Assembly (NCBI GenBank): GCA_030264375.1
Contig: JASCQW010000072.1
Span: 87,109,165 to 87,173,164, forward strand
Origin: Carcharhinus longimanus
Lineage: Eukaryota
Direction of reading: 5' to 3'
DNA length: 64,000 nucleotides
Below, in pieces: positions 26,270 through 37,680 of the stretch. Every line of letters starts with the position of its first letter. Position 1 is the stretch's first letter. The notes under the pieces were generated by a model that searched no databases, was not told the DNA's origin, and was given only the letters and a program-made list of their open reading frames with translations. A program made the position numbers and the translations under genes.

Positions 26270-27040
26270 CTATCCCCAGGAAAAAGTCATACCATCTGTG
26301 GAAGATCAAACAGCAGTGTCAGTGCAGACTGAGACTTCCCAAGGAGACTATCTCTGATCTCCATACCGTGCAGGATGAACTGAGACCCAGGGGGGAATAC
26401 CTAATGCCAGTATCTTTGAACATTACAGTGGCTCTCAAATGCTGCACCTCTAGATCTTTCTAACAATCCATGAGAGAACTGTGTGGGATCTCCTAGGCTG
26501 CAGCCAATGCTCTGTTCAAAGGGTAGGTTCAAAGGCTATCACACCAACCCAAACAGTCTAGCAGAGAAATCCATTGGGTTCTGGGCCATTGCTGGATTCT
26601 CCAGATGTGGGCTGTTATCCATTCCATGATTATGGCCATCAGAACTCCCCAGGTTCAGCCAGTGGCCTTGATTATTCAGAAGGGCTTCCATTCCAATAAT
26701 GTCCAGCTAGTCGCCAGTCATCAAAACTGGATATTTCAAGTATGTGCAAGGTTCCCTGGAAGTAGCCACAATTATCTGGTATTCCCAAGTTTCAGAGCTG
26801 TTCGAGCCCTCTTTCAGAGATAGATTCTCGGGGACAAAGGATACTACTAAAGGCATGGTTGCTCATAGCCTGTGAGGAATCAGGACACTCCAGCAGAAGA
26901 AAAGTTCAGTAGCTGTTATGGGTTCACCCAAGCATCCTCCCAACTGATCACTGGGCTGCTGAATGTGAGATTCAGATACCTAGGTCACTCCAGTGGAACA
27001 CTTCAGTATGACCCAAAGAAGGTCTTGCAAATCCTCAGGA
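26270..27040 (+). pseudogene. Decayed PIF/Harbinger (HARBI1-like) DDE transposase
   Basis: CRLRL..., ITVAL....SF, CGIS, KGFHS.NVQLV, VCARFPGSSH, LGDKGY, GLL..RFR.L and GTLQY.PKKV motifs across frames, with stops. Confidence 0.85.
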
Positions 27041-27079
27041 ACTGCTATCGTCTTGGCTCAGAAGATCAAGCTATTGAAT

Positions 27080-27610
27080 CAGTTTGGACTGAGATAAAAA
27101 ATAGCAATGCTAGGTGTAACTACAGCCTTCCCAACCCCTCTCCTAACAGTAGCTACATTGTAGGACAAAATATATATATATATATATGTCAATAAATAAT
27201 GGGGGCTTGTAAGATAGGAACTGCAATAAATCATGGACAATTTTAATTTTCACACAGTGGGCCAATAAGTTGGCAAAGGTAGTTGTGAAAATTAGTTCAT
27301 AAGATATATGTCAGTTTCTTCAAACAATAGGTCATTTTCAGGTTGGCACATTGTAACTAGTAGGTTGCCACAGGGATCACTGCTGGGGCCTCAACTATTT
27401 ACAACACAAGTTAATGACTTGGATGAAGGCAGTAAGTATATTGGAGACAAATTTGCTGACAGTGCAAAGACAGGTGTGAAAGTAAGTTGTGAAGAGGACA
27501 CACTGTGTCAGATCGGTTAAATGACTGTGCAAGAATGTGGCAGATGGATTATAATATGGGAAAACATTGAGATTATCCTCTTTAGTGGGAAGAAGAGCAA
27601 AATATTATTT
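27080..27610 (+). mobile_element. CR1 LINE fragments
   Basis: VTS.LPQGSLLGPQLF...NDLD...KFAD. Confidence 0.82.
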
Positions 27611-27907
27611 CTTGTTTGTTCTTTGAGTCAAAATTAACCATGTTCACCATCTGGGGTATTTGTTAAATTTCCAGTGGGTACATCGATGACAGCTAAGGCC
27701 CATCTGCACACACAAGATTCAATCATACACAGGAAAATACTATTAAGGTATACAGAATATTAATTTGTAATTTCATCTGTTGGTTTATAACCTTTTTAAA
27801 AAAAAGATTTCTGTTAAACAGAAGACGTTGACTTGAAGTAACTGCTAATTTGCACCTATGAAGTCGCATTCCATTCCATTGGAGAAACAATGCATGTGGA
27901 GATCACA

Positions 27908-28269
27908 GTAAGAAGTCTGACAACACCAGGTTTAAGTCCAACCGATTTATTTGATAGTAAACTCAAGCTTTTGGGGTTGGTCCCTTCGTCAGGTGAATGG
28001 AGAGTTCTAGCCTCAGACAGAGCATATAAAGCACAGACAGTTTACAGATTACTGATNNNNNNNNNNNNNNNNNNNNNNNNNNNNNNNNNNNNNNNNNNNN
28101 NNNNNNNNNNNNNNNNNNNNNNNNNNNNNNNNNNNNNNNNNNNNNNNNNNNNNNNNGAAACCTCAAAAGCTAGTGAGTTTACCATCAAATAAATCGGTTG
28201 GACTTAAACCTGGTGTTGTCAGACTTTTTACTGTGTTTACCCCAGTCCAACCCTGGCATATCCACATTA
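27908..28269. mobile_element. Penelope-type insertion with inverted terminal repeats (gap inside)
   Basis: About 65-bp inverted repeats, a 3' tail and an 11-bp direct repeat TGGAGATCACA at 27897-27907 and 28270-28280. Confidence 0.7.
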
Positions 28270-28359
28270 TGGAGATCACAACAGAGACCAAGGAGATGCG
28301 TACAGCTCCTTCCTAGCTCATCAAGATGAGGGGTGGATCAATCGGGTTAATGGCTGGGA

Positions 28360-29078
28360 TGTTAAAAAATAATTATCTCGACTAAAAGGCCAGGCATGGG
28401 TAACCAATTTCCTTTGGAATTCACAATTGGTTTCTTTGAACTGTTGTGACTAAATGAGAGGTCACGTGACCTGCTTTTGTATAACTGCCATATTTTTGAA
28501 CAAAAAGGCAGAAATATTCCAGTCATTGGAGAGCATGGTTTTCTCTCTGTCTCTCTGTCTCTCTATCTCTCTATATAAAAAGTATTCTATCCAAGTTTTG
28601 TTGAGATATAAGGGAGTCTACATTCCTACAGCAAACAGAGACTCCATGAAAAAGTCATTGGATTGTCTATAACAGTGATCCCATTAGAAAAGGGGATCTA
28701 CCAAGCACAACTGAAAAGCTGTGAGCAAGCCGAGTCCAGACACAACAGTAAATTTTTACTGATTTTATCTTTTTAATCAGCCCCAAGGTTAACATCTGAA
28801 ACTTTTTTCCTGTACATATTTGTGCAGAGTAGTGAGAAGTAAGGCGTAACTGCATATTAACATCATTTATTTTCTTTTCCCTGGATGGATTTTAGCACAA
28901 TAAAATCATCTTATGTGTTTGACTCAAGAATACCTGCTGAGCATAATTCTTAGAAACTGCACATGGTGAAGTGTACAGTGATTTGGTAATACTGCATCCT
29001 TTTAAAATTCAAAATTTCTGCTGCAACCAAATGGCAAAAGAGAAAAACCAGCATATGCATCCTCACCTTGATGTAACA
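28360..29078 (+). mobile_element. Candidate solo LTR
   Basis: TGTTA...TAACA termini, near-TSD GGGA/AGGA, internal TATATAAAA (~28572) and AATAAA (~28899). Confidence 0.5.
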
Positions 29079-29199
29079 AGGACACTGCAGGAGATTGAGT
29101 TTTATACAAGTTGCTAGCTCAGGATTTCATCTCCCTGATGTTCTCTCTGCCTCTGATCTACACGTTTTTGAAGGAGGCTGCACTGTTTCCTTATTTGGT

Positions 29200-30545
29200 T
29201 AAGCCAAGTGCAGTGATCCTGGATAATCTTCTCCCAGAACTCAAAGTCAATATCAAAACAATGCACCTTTGACTCAAGCTTTCAATAGGAGATGTGCTTT
29301 CATAAAAGAGAGAGTGTCCTGTATTCTGACTACATGACCAGCCCAACTCAGCTGTGATTATCTCAATATGGTGCGGATGTTTGAATATCTGTTCATGAGC
29401 ACCTCAGTGTCTGGTATTTTGTCCTGCCATCTGATCGTCTCAAACTCCTGAAGGCAGCTCCAGCGAAAGTGGTTAAACTGCTTGACATGCAAATAAACAG
29501 TCCAAATCTCACATGCATAAAGCAGGGTGGGCAGGGCTATTGCTCCACAGACTTTGTTTGGTAGCCAGACTTGCTCCTCTTCATTCCCAGATTGAGGTTC
29601 AACATCGGCTGAATGCCAGACTTGCTTTGGTAATTCTTGCCTGTGTCTCGTCATCGATATAGACAGCTCAAGAGAATGTGGTGCCAGTCAAGATAGAGCT
29701 TTCCTCAAGCAGTCTGCTATATTACTTCAGTTTTCTTTGTGCTGATTGCCAGGCTGAAGCTGTCAGTTGCAGTGGAGACCAAGTCCATGCATTGTATGTC
29801 CAGTTCTGAACTGGCAGCTAGTGCACAATCAGGAAACAGGAAATCGTCAAGCATATCCTCGAAGGTCAGAGTCATCTCAGATTGAGCAGCTTCTTGCCCA
29901 TATGGTATCTGATTTAGATACCAGAATCACCATCATGGAAGGCGTTAGAGAGCATGGCAGATAAAAGCATGCTGAAGAGGGCTGACACAGCCTTGATTAA
30001 TTCCATTAATGGCTGAGAATGGGCAGAAGACTAAATCATCCAGAGGACATTTGAGCATGGTGTCATGGAATTGTTGAACCATTGTGGTGAATGTTTCAGG
30101 GCAGCCAAACTTCCCTGTTACTTTCTAAAGGCGCTCACAGTTGACTCTGCCAAAGGCCTTGGTCAGGTCAACAGACATTGTGTAGAGGTTCAGGTTTTGT
30201 TCTTGGCATTTCCCCTGGAGGTGTCTTAGTGGAAACACCATATCAGTGGTTCCTCGATCTTTTCTAAAGCTGCACTGAGTCTCTAGCAGCAGATCCTAGT
30301 TGAGATGTTGCATTGTGTTCGAGAAGGATTCTTGTGAAGATTTGTTGATGATGGAGAAGACTGAGATTCCTCTACAATTATCACAAGATTGGCAAATTCT
30401 TTTCCACATGCACAGGTGGACAATGGAGGCATCTTTTGATTTTTTTTGCGGAATAGCTCCTTGCTGTCACATAGACCAAAAGAGTTCAGTGAGCCACTTG
30501 ACCAGGCATTGTCTTCCATTCCTGTGGACCTCAGCTGGGATAGCA
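29200..30545 (-). mobile_element. RTE-clade LINE ORF2 remnant
   Basis: QCSFRK.RGTTDMVF, VDLTKAF, LPTLLYACEIWTVY and IRWQDKIPDTEVL. Confidence 0.85.
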
Positions 30546-30579
30546 TCAACTCATATCTATTGTTTAATTAGAGAGAGAA

Positions 30580-31310
30580 CTCAATGTTGCGGTATAGAGG
30601 GATCTGGATGTCCTTATGCATGAATCACAAAAAGTTAGCATGCAGGTACAGCAAGCAATTAAGACAAATGGAATGTTAGCCATGACTGCAAAATGAATAA
30701 AGTATTAAAATAGTGAAGTTTTGCTACAATTGTTGACCATGGCATTCATCAGATGATACTTAGAGAATTGCATACAGTATTGGTCCTCTCACTTGAGGAA
30801 GGATATACTTGTATTGGAGGCAGTTCAGAGAAGGTTCATTGGGTTGATCCTTGGATAAAGGGATTGTCTTACAAGGAAAGGTTGAGCTGGTTGGGCCTAT
30901 AATCAGAGAGATGACCTGATTGTCTGATTGAAGCATTTAAGAATCTAAGGGCACTTGACAGAGTAGATGTAGAGAGAATGTTTCCCCTTGTAGGGATGTC
31001 TAGAACGAGGGGACACAGTTTCAAAATAAGAGGTCCAACATTTAAGTTGTCATAAGGACAAATTTCTTTGCTCAGTGGGGCATTAGTCTTTGGAATCCTC
31101 TTTCCCAAAGGGCAGTATATATAAGGTCATTGAATGTATTTGAAACTGAGTTAGACAGATAGTTGATCTAAAGGGAATCAAGGGTTAATAGGGACAGGCA
31201 GGAGAGTGGAGTTGAACCCATAATCAAATCAGGCATGATTTTTTGAATTGGCGGAGCACGTTCAAGGGAGAAAATAGCCCAATTCTGCTCTAATTTTTTA
31301 TGTTTTTGTG
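30580..31310 (+). mobile_element. CR1 LINE 3' part
   Basis: LEAVQRRF, MFPLVG.SRTRGH and a degenerate TTTATG tail. Confidence 0.82.
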
Positions 31311-31319
31311 TTCTTGACA

Positions 31320-31950
31320 AAACTTGCACTAAGAGGTTTTGAATAATGAAGACATCATCATTTGCAACTTCGTGACTGCAAGCTGGTTTTGTATTTTGGA
31401 TGACCTCAAGTTTATGGAGAGTTGAAAACGGGTGGTCAGCAGAAGTATGTTTGAATAGTCAAGTCTAGAAGTAACAAAGGCATGGATGAGGGTTACAGCA
31501 GCAGGTGAGCTGAGGCAGGGATGGAGTGGAATAATATTAGAGGTGGAAATAGGAAGCCTCGTGATGGTGTGAATCTGTAGTCAACATTCATCTTGGGGTC
31601 AATTATGGCACCAAGATTGTGAATATCTTATTCAGTCCAGACAATTGCCAAGGTGAGGGATGGAGACAAAGTAGGGAACAAAGTTTGTGATAGAAATCAA
31701 AGGTAATAGCTTCAGTCTTCCCAATAGTTAATTGGGAGGAAATTTCAGTTTATTCAATACTCTGTACTAGATATAAAATAAGCAGTCTGGAGACAGTGAA
31801 AGGTCAACATAGATGATGGTAAGTTAAAAGCAGTGTACCGGTGGTGTTGCCGGTGTACATGTGAAACCTAACGTCCACTTGTTGAATTATATTGCCTCGG
31901 GGCAGGACATACAAAAGCAATAGAAGGAGACAAAGGAAACATCTCTGGGA
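31320..31950 (-). mobile_element. L2-clade LINE fragment
   Basis: The reverse strand has TLIHAL.TSRLDYS. Confidence 0.7.
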
Positions 31951-32730
31951 CACACCAGGGATCTATCCTTACCAACAATTCAGAAGGTTGACGCCATGCA
32001 GTACAGAGCCATTTTTCTTAATGTATGCACCGCCACTGGACTCCATATCCCCGTCACAATCCCAGTTGGTGTTACCACTGGATGGGAAGTTCTCAGGACG
32101 GAACACTGACTCAAAGGTTGACAATTTTTACATTTTTTTGGAAAGCATGGATGGACACAATCACACAATTACCAGATAGCTTTTAAAAAAATTAAACATG
32201 AAAAGTTTGACTACAATACAGTGTTCCTTCACTACCACTTATCGTCACAAACGTACACAGATTTTAAGGATAAAACAGGTTAAACAATACATCCTATTTT
32301 CAGTAATACACAATCCCTATAACCCAACAGGCTAAGTGTGGTCAGACAATACCTCACTCTGAAATTATGTGGCAGAGGTCACTCAATCGATCTTTTGTGA
32401 ATTCTCTTCAAATCTCCCCAGATGACTGTTACACTGTGAGCCAACAGATCTTATTGGACATCAGCTTCCACCCGAGTGTTTCTGAACTCCATTTTCAAAC
32501 AAGCATACCTTAGAATCTTCTTTCAAAAAAAATGCTTTCCCTCAGCTTTTTTCAGCAAGGATTCACCTCCAGGTTTTCCAACTCTCCTTTAAGTATTCTT
32601 TTGTATTGCATAGGCAGGAGGTGTATTTGAATAGTCAAGTCTAGAAGTAACAAGGCATGGATGAAGGTTTCAGCAGCAGGTAATCTTTCAAACTTTCACC
32701 ATCTCTCAGGGATCCAGCCACCAATGGTTT

Positions 32731-33045
32731 CATAAGAACATAAGAAATAGGAGCAGGAGTAGGCCATCTAGCCCTTCGAGCCTGCCCCGCCATTCAGTAA
32801 GATCNNNNNNNNNNNNNNNNNNNNNNNNNNNNNNNNNNNNNNNNNNNNNNNNNNNNNNNNNNNNNNNNNNNNNNNNNNNNNNNNNNNNNNNNNNNNNNNN
32901 NNNNCCTAGTCCTACTGTCCTTTCTGAGCGGGAAGAGTCTCTCCACCTCTACCCTATCCATCCCATTCATCATCTTATACGGCTCATTGAGATCTCCCCT
33001 CATTCTTCTAAACTCTAACGAGTACAAGCCTAGTTTATTCAGCAT
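32731..33045 (-). mobile_element. Young CR1 LINE 3' end
   Basis: LNKLGLYSLEFRRMRGDL and a CATAAGAACATAAGAA tail on the + strand. Confidence 0.88.
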
Positions 33046-33299
33046 AATAGCTTCAACCTTTTACTTTACAGGCCGTGGTAAGATCACCAACCTTAGGAGC
33101 ATTTCCAATAGAGCTTTTCACTAGCTAACTTCACCAGGTCTGCACTTTTCAGCTGACTTTATCAACGAGTAGTAATCAGTTCCAATAGCATTCCTCTTTG
33201 TTCCTTTTTACATCAACGTTCCTGGAAATTTCTCTTAATACTCTAATTTCTAGAACTGTCCTCTGGACTTGCTTTCTTGCCCATTACTCCATTGTAAGG

Positions 33300-33700
33300 G
33301 ATGCACAATGGTTCAGAACGAGTTCTTGCTCCGCCTCTCAATTTAAACAGGGTCGGTTAACCTTGAGGATCTATGCTTCAAAGCTGTGCATCAACATCAA
33401 GGCAAAAGACCTGTTCTAAGAGGAGCTTGGCACTGCTATTAGCTGAATCCCTCAAACAGAATATCTTTACCTAGAGGAATTTGTGGGCACGGACCATGAG
33501 GTATGGGTCAGCTGTTGAGAAGGGAGCCCAGAGAAAATAGAGGCCAGTGAATCATACACCTTTTCAGCCCACCGTCGCCCTCTGCGGCAAATGTGGCAGA
33601 GATTACCGTGCCAGTGGTGGATTGCTGAGTCACAACGGGCAATGCTGAACACAGAGTTGACCATCACAGCACAAAACTATTGACTTACAGACTGCTGCTA
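33300..33700 (+). mobile_element. RTE-clade LINE 3' end
   Basis: C-terminal zinc-knuckle-like CGKCGRDYRASGGLLSH..QC at ~33583-33645. Confidence 0.55.
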
Positions 33701-34817
33701 ATCTAGATGATCAAACATTTTAAATATTTTAATTACAAAGGAAAAGCAAATATATCAATCTTGATATCAATTTTAATCTAGGCAAAGGTCTGGTTCATGC
33801 ATTTTTCCTAAGTAGCTCTTTATTTAAAACACAGAGATACTCAATTAAACTAAGCCACTGAGCTCACTCTGTCCAACAGATAATGTTTGGTTCACAGTGA
33901 TCTTTTTAACTGATTGAAATTTTTGAGGTAAAATGAATATTCCAAGTCATACTTCTGCAGTAACAAACTGACAAAAAACAGAACCAAAGGTTCCTGTTAT
34001 GGCTATGTTATTTAGCAGTACGTGTCTCCTGCTTACACAGCAACAATCTGCACTGATTTGGCAACCTTCCCCAGAAAGAAGTGACTATCATATACTTGGG
34101 AGATATATGGATATTGTCAGAAATATCTCAGAAAAGGCAGTTCACTTTCCCAATATTGTCATCCTTCAAATTGATGAATACAAGTGCACGTACCCATTAA
34201 AAAGAGAAATAATGGTCAGAAAACTTTACGATTGACATAAATGTCAAATTAGGCCAACACTCTTCACTTATCATAAGTGTGATAACCAAAAACCATTCTA
34301 GATTTCACCAGAATAGCACATAGTATAAAGCACATGACACAAGATTTTATGATTTTTACTATGCCACATGTATAACAAAGTACAAGAGTCATAAGGGTGG
34401 TGTAATTGTATTTGCATTGATAATTCAGAACACTTGGGTAAAAACCACAACTGCAAGGCTATCAGGAAAATAATTTAATCGATATGGCAATCTGCCTTTG
34501 GCTATAAAAGTTTGTTTAATTAGTAAAGTCGAAAACATTATAAAACCAGTGTTTTGAATGTATAACAATTGCCCAAGCTTAGAGAATATTATGGTCTAAT
34601 AGATCATGGAAAAAGTTTCAGACTTACATAAGACAGTGTGTTAAATTAAATAAACCACTGTGTCATCCTTCTAACAAACACAAATTAAATTTCATTTTTA
34701 AAGCCTTTTCTGCAGAGTACCTGGGTTCCTGCTGCATGGATCCAGATCCATGTGGCTTCTTTTATGGACATAGATGAAGGGCAGGTCTTAAGTCAGACCT
34801 CATGTAGTAACAATACT

Positions 34818-35005
34818 GGAGGCACTGTGGTTAGCACAGCTGCCTCACCGTGCCCAAGACCCGAGTTCAATTCCCCGCTTGGGTCACTGTCTTTGCACAT
34901 TCTGCCCGTGGGTTTCCTTCGTGTGCTCTGGTTTCCTCCCACAGTCCAAAACATACGCTGGTTAGATGCATTGGCCATGCTAAACTCTCCCTCAGTGTTC
35001 CTGAA
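34818..35005 (+). mobile_element. HE1/V-SINE-like tRNA-derived SINE
   Basis: GTGGTTAGCAC A-box, GAGTTCAATTCC B-box and GGTTTCCTCCCACAGTCCAAA core. Confidence 0.85.
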
Positions 35006-36424
35006 TGGGTGCGTACTTGTAACACCAATAAGTAAATTGAAGACTTTCCAACAGGGCTCACCGACTGCTTTCTCCACTTCCTCGTTCAGAAGCACCTAAG
35101 TGCCTAACTGCACCCCCCTACTGAGACCAACTAACAGTCCAAAACTAGTCACAGCTGAACAAATGGCCTTCACTTGCTCACTATCCCTGTTTACATGTGA
35201 AGCATGACCTTTGTATCAGCTAGTGTACAAGATATCCATTATGCCTGTTCAACAACCACAACTTCAAGACAGGAAGAGAAAATGATTCTTTTTTTTAAAG
35301 GTAAGATTTGTTTCTTGTTCGAGAAAAGGACACAGTCTACCATAAGAGATGGCTTTGTGCATCTTCTTGACACACAGTACAATAGGCAGAAAGAAATCCA
35401 TATCCAATAGTATGAATGAATCACAGAGCCTCAAGATATTACTGCACAGAAATATATAGGAGTCATGGTGACCAACTCGTATGAAACAAAAAGGACTGGG
35501 AGGGTCAGGGTTGCTGGTGACCAGAATTGTGGGCTTGGGGTTACTGGTGAGTGAGAGTGAAGGCAGGGTGGGCTGGATACTTGGCAGTGTTCTGGTGACC
35601 AGAAGAGAAGTGGGGGTGGGGGGTGGCGACAGTCTTTTAAACAAATCAAAACTTACAGTTCATCTTGTGGAGACACAACATTGTCATCTCTCAGCTGGCT
35701 GACTCACAGACATGTAAAGCAGCTCAAATTACTGAACTGAGACTCCCACTCTCAGTTTCCCATAGGCACTCTCTGAAAAATATGGCACCAAAGCTGCATT
35801 TGATAGGACAGGTGACAAAGAGTCAAAATAAAGAACAGTCCCTTAAAATATAGGACAGTTGGTCACCTTTATCAATGTTACAATCCTCAAACAGGCCACA
35901 TAGTCCAACCAGCCCATGTTGGTGTCTACCTTCCACATGATCAACTAGCCCTAATCATTGCCACTTGCCTTTTTTCCCCTCCATCCAGCTATCAAATCAA
36001 AACTTGAATATTAACATAGTTTCTGCCTCAAGTAATAACCCTAAAAATAAATTTCAGAAACTCACAGCACTATGCAAAAAATTTTCCTTGCCTTTTATTC
36101 AATGGCTGGAATCCTCTGGCCATCCAAGCCCTCCGCCCCTGCCAGCGAGGATGGAGAATTTGGCCAAATCTCCATTCACACCAGCAGGACGGGAGTATTC
36201 CAGCTGCAAACAAGGTTGGAGAATTTGGCCCAATGTCTTCTACATTTAATCTTGCCACTATGGCCACTCATCAGAGACCCTTCAGCTGCAGAAATACATC
36301 AAATCTATCAGAGTATCCTCTTGTTGCAATGTGCAAGTGCTTAAAATTACCAGAACATATTTTTGGTAGTTAAGTGTGACCAAATATCCAGCCAGATCAA
36401 TAGCCAAAATTACCTACTAAAATT

Positions 36425-36695
36425 AAAGCAAAATACTGCAGATGCAGTAAATCTGAAATATAAACAGCAAACGCTTGAAAAACACAGCAGGCCTGGTAGC
36501 ATCTGTGGAGAGAGAAACAAAGTTAACATTTCAAATCCAACATGACTTTTCTGTGGAACTGGCTGCCGAAAAAGGCCTGAAGTAGAGCCAGTGTTAACAT
36601 TTCAAGTCCAATATTTCTCTCTCTCCAGCTGATGACAAACCTGCTGAGTTGTTCCAACATTTTGCTACATTTATATCTGAATGTATCTGCCTTGC
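36425..36695. mobile_element. Palindromic Penelope-derived/MITE-like repeat
   Basis: The left arm (GCAGATGCAG..CAGCAGG..GGAGAGAGAAA) is an imperfect inverse of the right arm (CTCTCTCC..CCTGCTG..TATCTGC). A related arm lies at 50890-50995. Confidence 0.55.
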
Positions 36696-36764
36696 ACAGG
36701 AGTTCTGCTGAACTGAAATAGACAGCAAACAGTATTTTATAATAACAACTTGTATTTGTATATT

Positions 36765-36960
36765 TTTTTTCCCAAAATGTATTCTTCATGGGATGTGGGC
36801 ATTGCTGGTAACATCAGAATTTATTGCCCAACCCAAATTATCTTTGAACTGAGTGGTTTGCTAGACCACTTTGGAGGGAAATTATGAGTCACATTACTGT
36901 GGGTTTTAATGCAGGCCAGAGCAAGTAAGGGTAACGGATTTCTTCCCTAAAGGGGCATAA
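36765..36960 (-). mobile_element. SINE 3' part (same family as 54630-54945)
   Basis: ATGGGATGTGGGC..TTTATTGCCCA..TTCCCTAAAGG, the reverse of the 54.6-kb SINE. Confidence 0.7.
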
Positions 36961-36974
36961 GTCCTTAATGTAGA

Positions 36975-37680
36975 AAAAAACTGAAGTATCTCAAAGAACA
37001 GTCATCAACAAAGAATGGACACCAAGCTGAAGAAGCAGATCTTGAGAGGTGTATGTCAAAGAGGCAAGTCTTAGGAGAGAATGGAGAAGACAGGGATTTA
37101 GGAAACTAATTTTAGAATGGTGGAGTTAAAACATCTGAAGGCATGTTCCCAGTGATGGGCAGAAGGGAGGAATGCATAAAGGCCAGAGAGAGGAGTTAGG
37201 AGTTCTGGGGATTGCAAAGCTCCAGAGGGTTACAGAAATAAAGAGGGGCAAGGTCATTGAATGATTTATATACAATAATAACAATTTTAAGTTGGAAACA
37301 TTAGAAGATAGAGTCAACATATGTCAGTATGGATGAGTGAGACTTGTTGCAGAATGAGATACGGACATCAGAATTTTGGCATCTAAGATTTACAAAGCAT
37401 AGATAATGTGAGGACAGTAAGAGGAGCATTGCAATTGTTAAGCATGATGTTGACAAAGGCACATGTGAGAGTTTGAGTCAGGTTTGCAGGGAGGTAATAT
37501 TACAGAAATAGTAGTATGCAATCTTTGTGATGAAAAGAATATGGGATCAGAGCTCGGTTTGCAGTAAAGTAAGGCACTGAAGATGTGAGCAGTCTGGTTC
37601 AGCCTGAGACAGTATCTGGGGAGTGAGATGGAATCAGTGGCAAGGATGTAAAGCTTGTGGTAGTGCCAAAAGTGTGAATG
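36975..37680 (-). mobile_element. L2-clade LINE 3' fragment
   Basis: Similar to the reverse of 5340-6060. Confidence 0.6.

Noticed and set aside
34818-34880. tRNA gene-like A and B boxes
   Set aside because: These are SINE heads, with no cloverleaf or acceptor stem.
36100-36232. Possible short MITE with GGAGAATTTGGCC repeated twice
   Set aside because: The terminal inverted repeats are imperfect and there is no clear target duplication, so it cannot be classified by eye.
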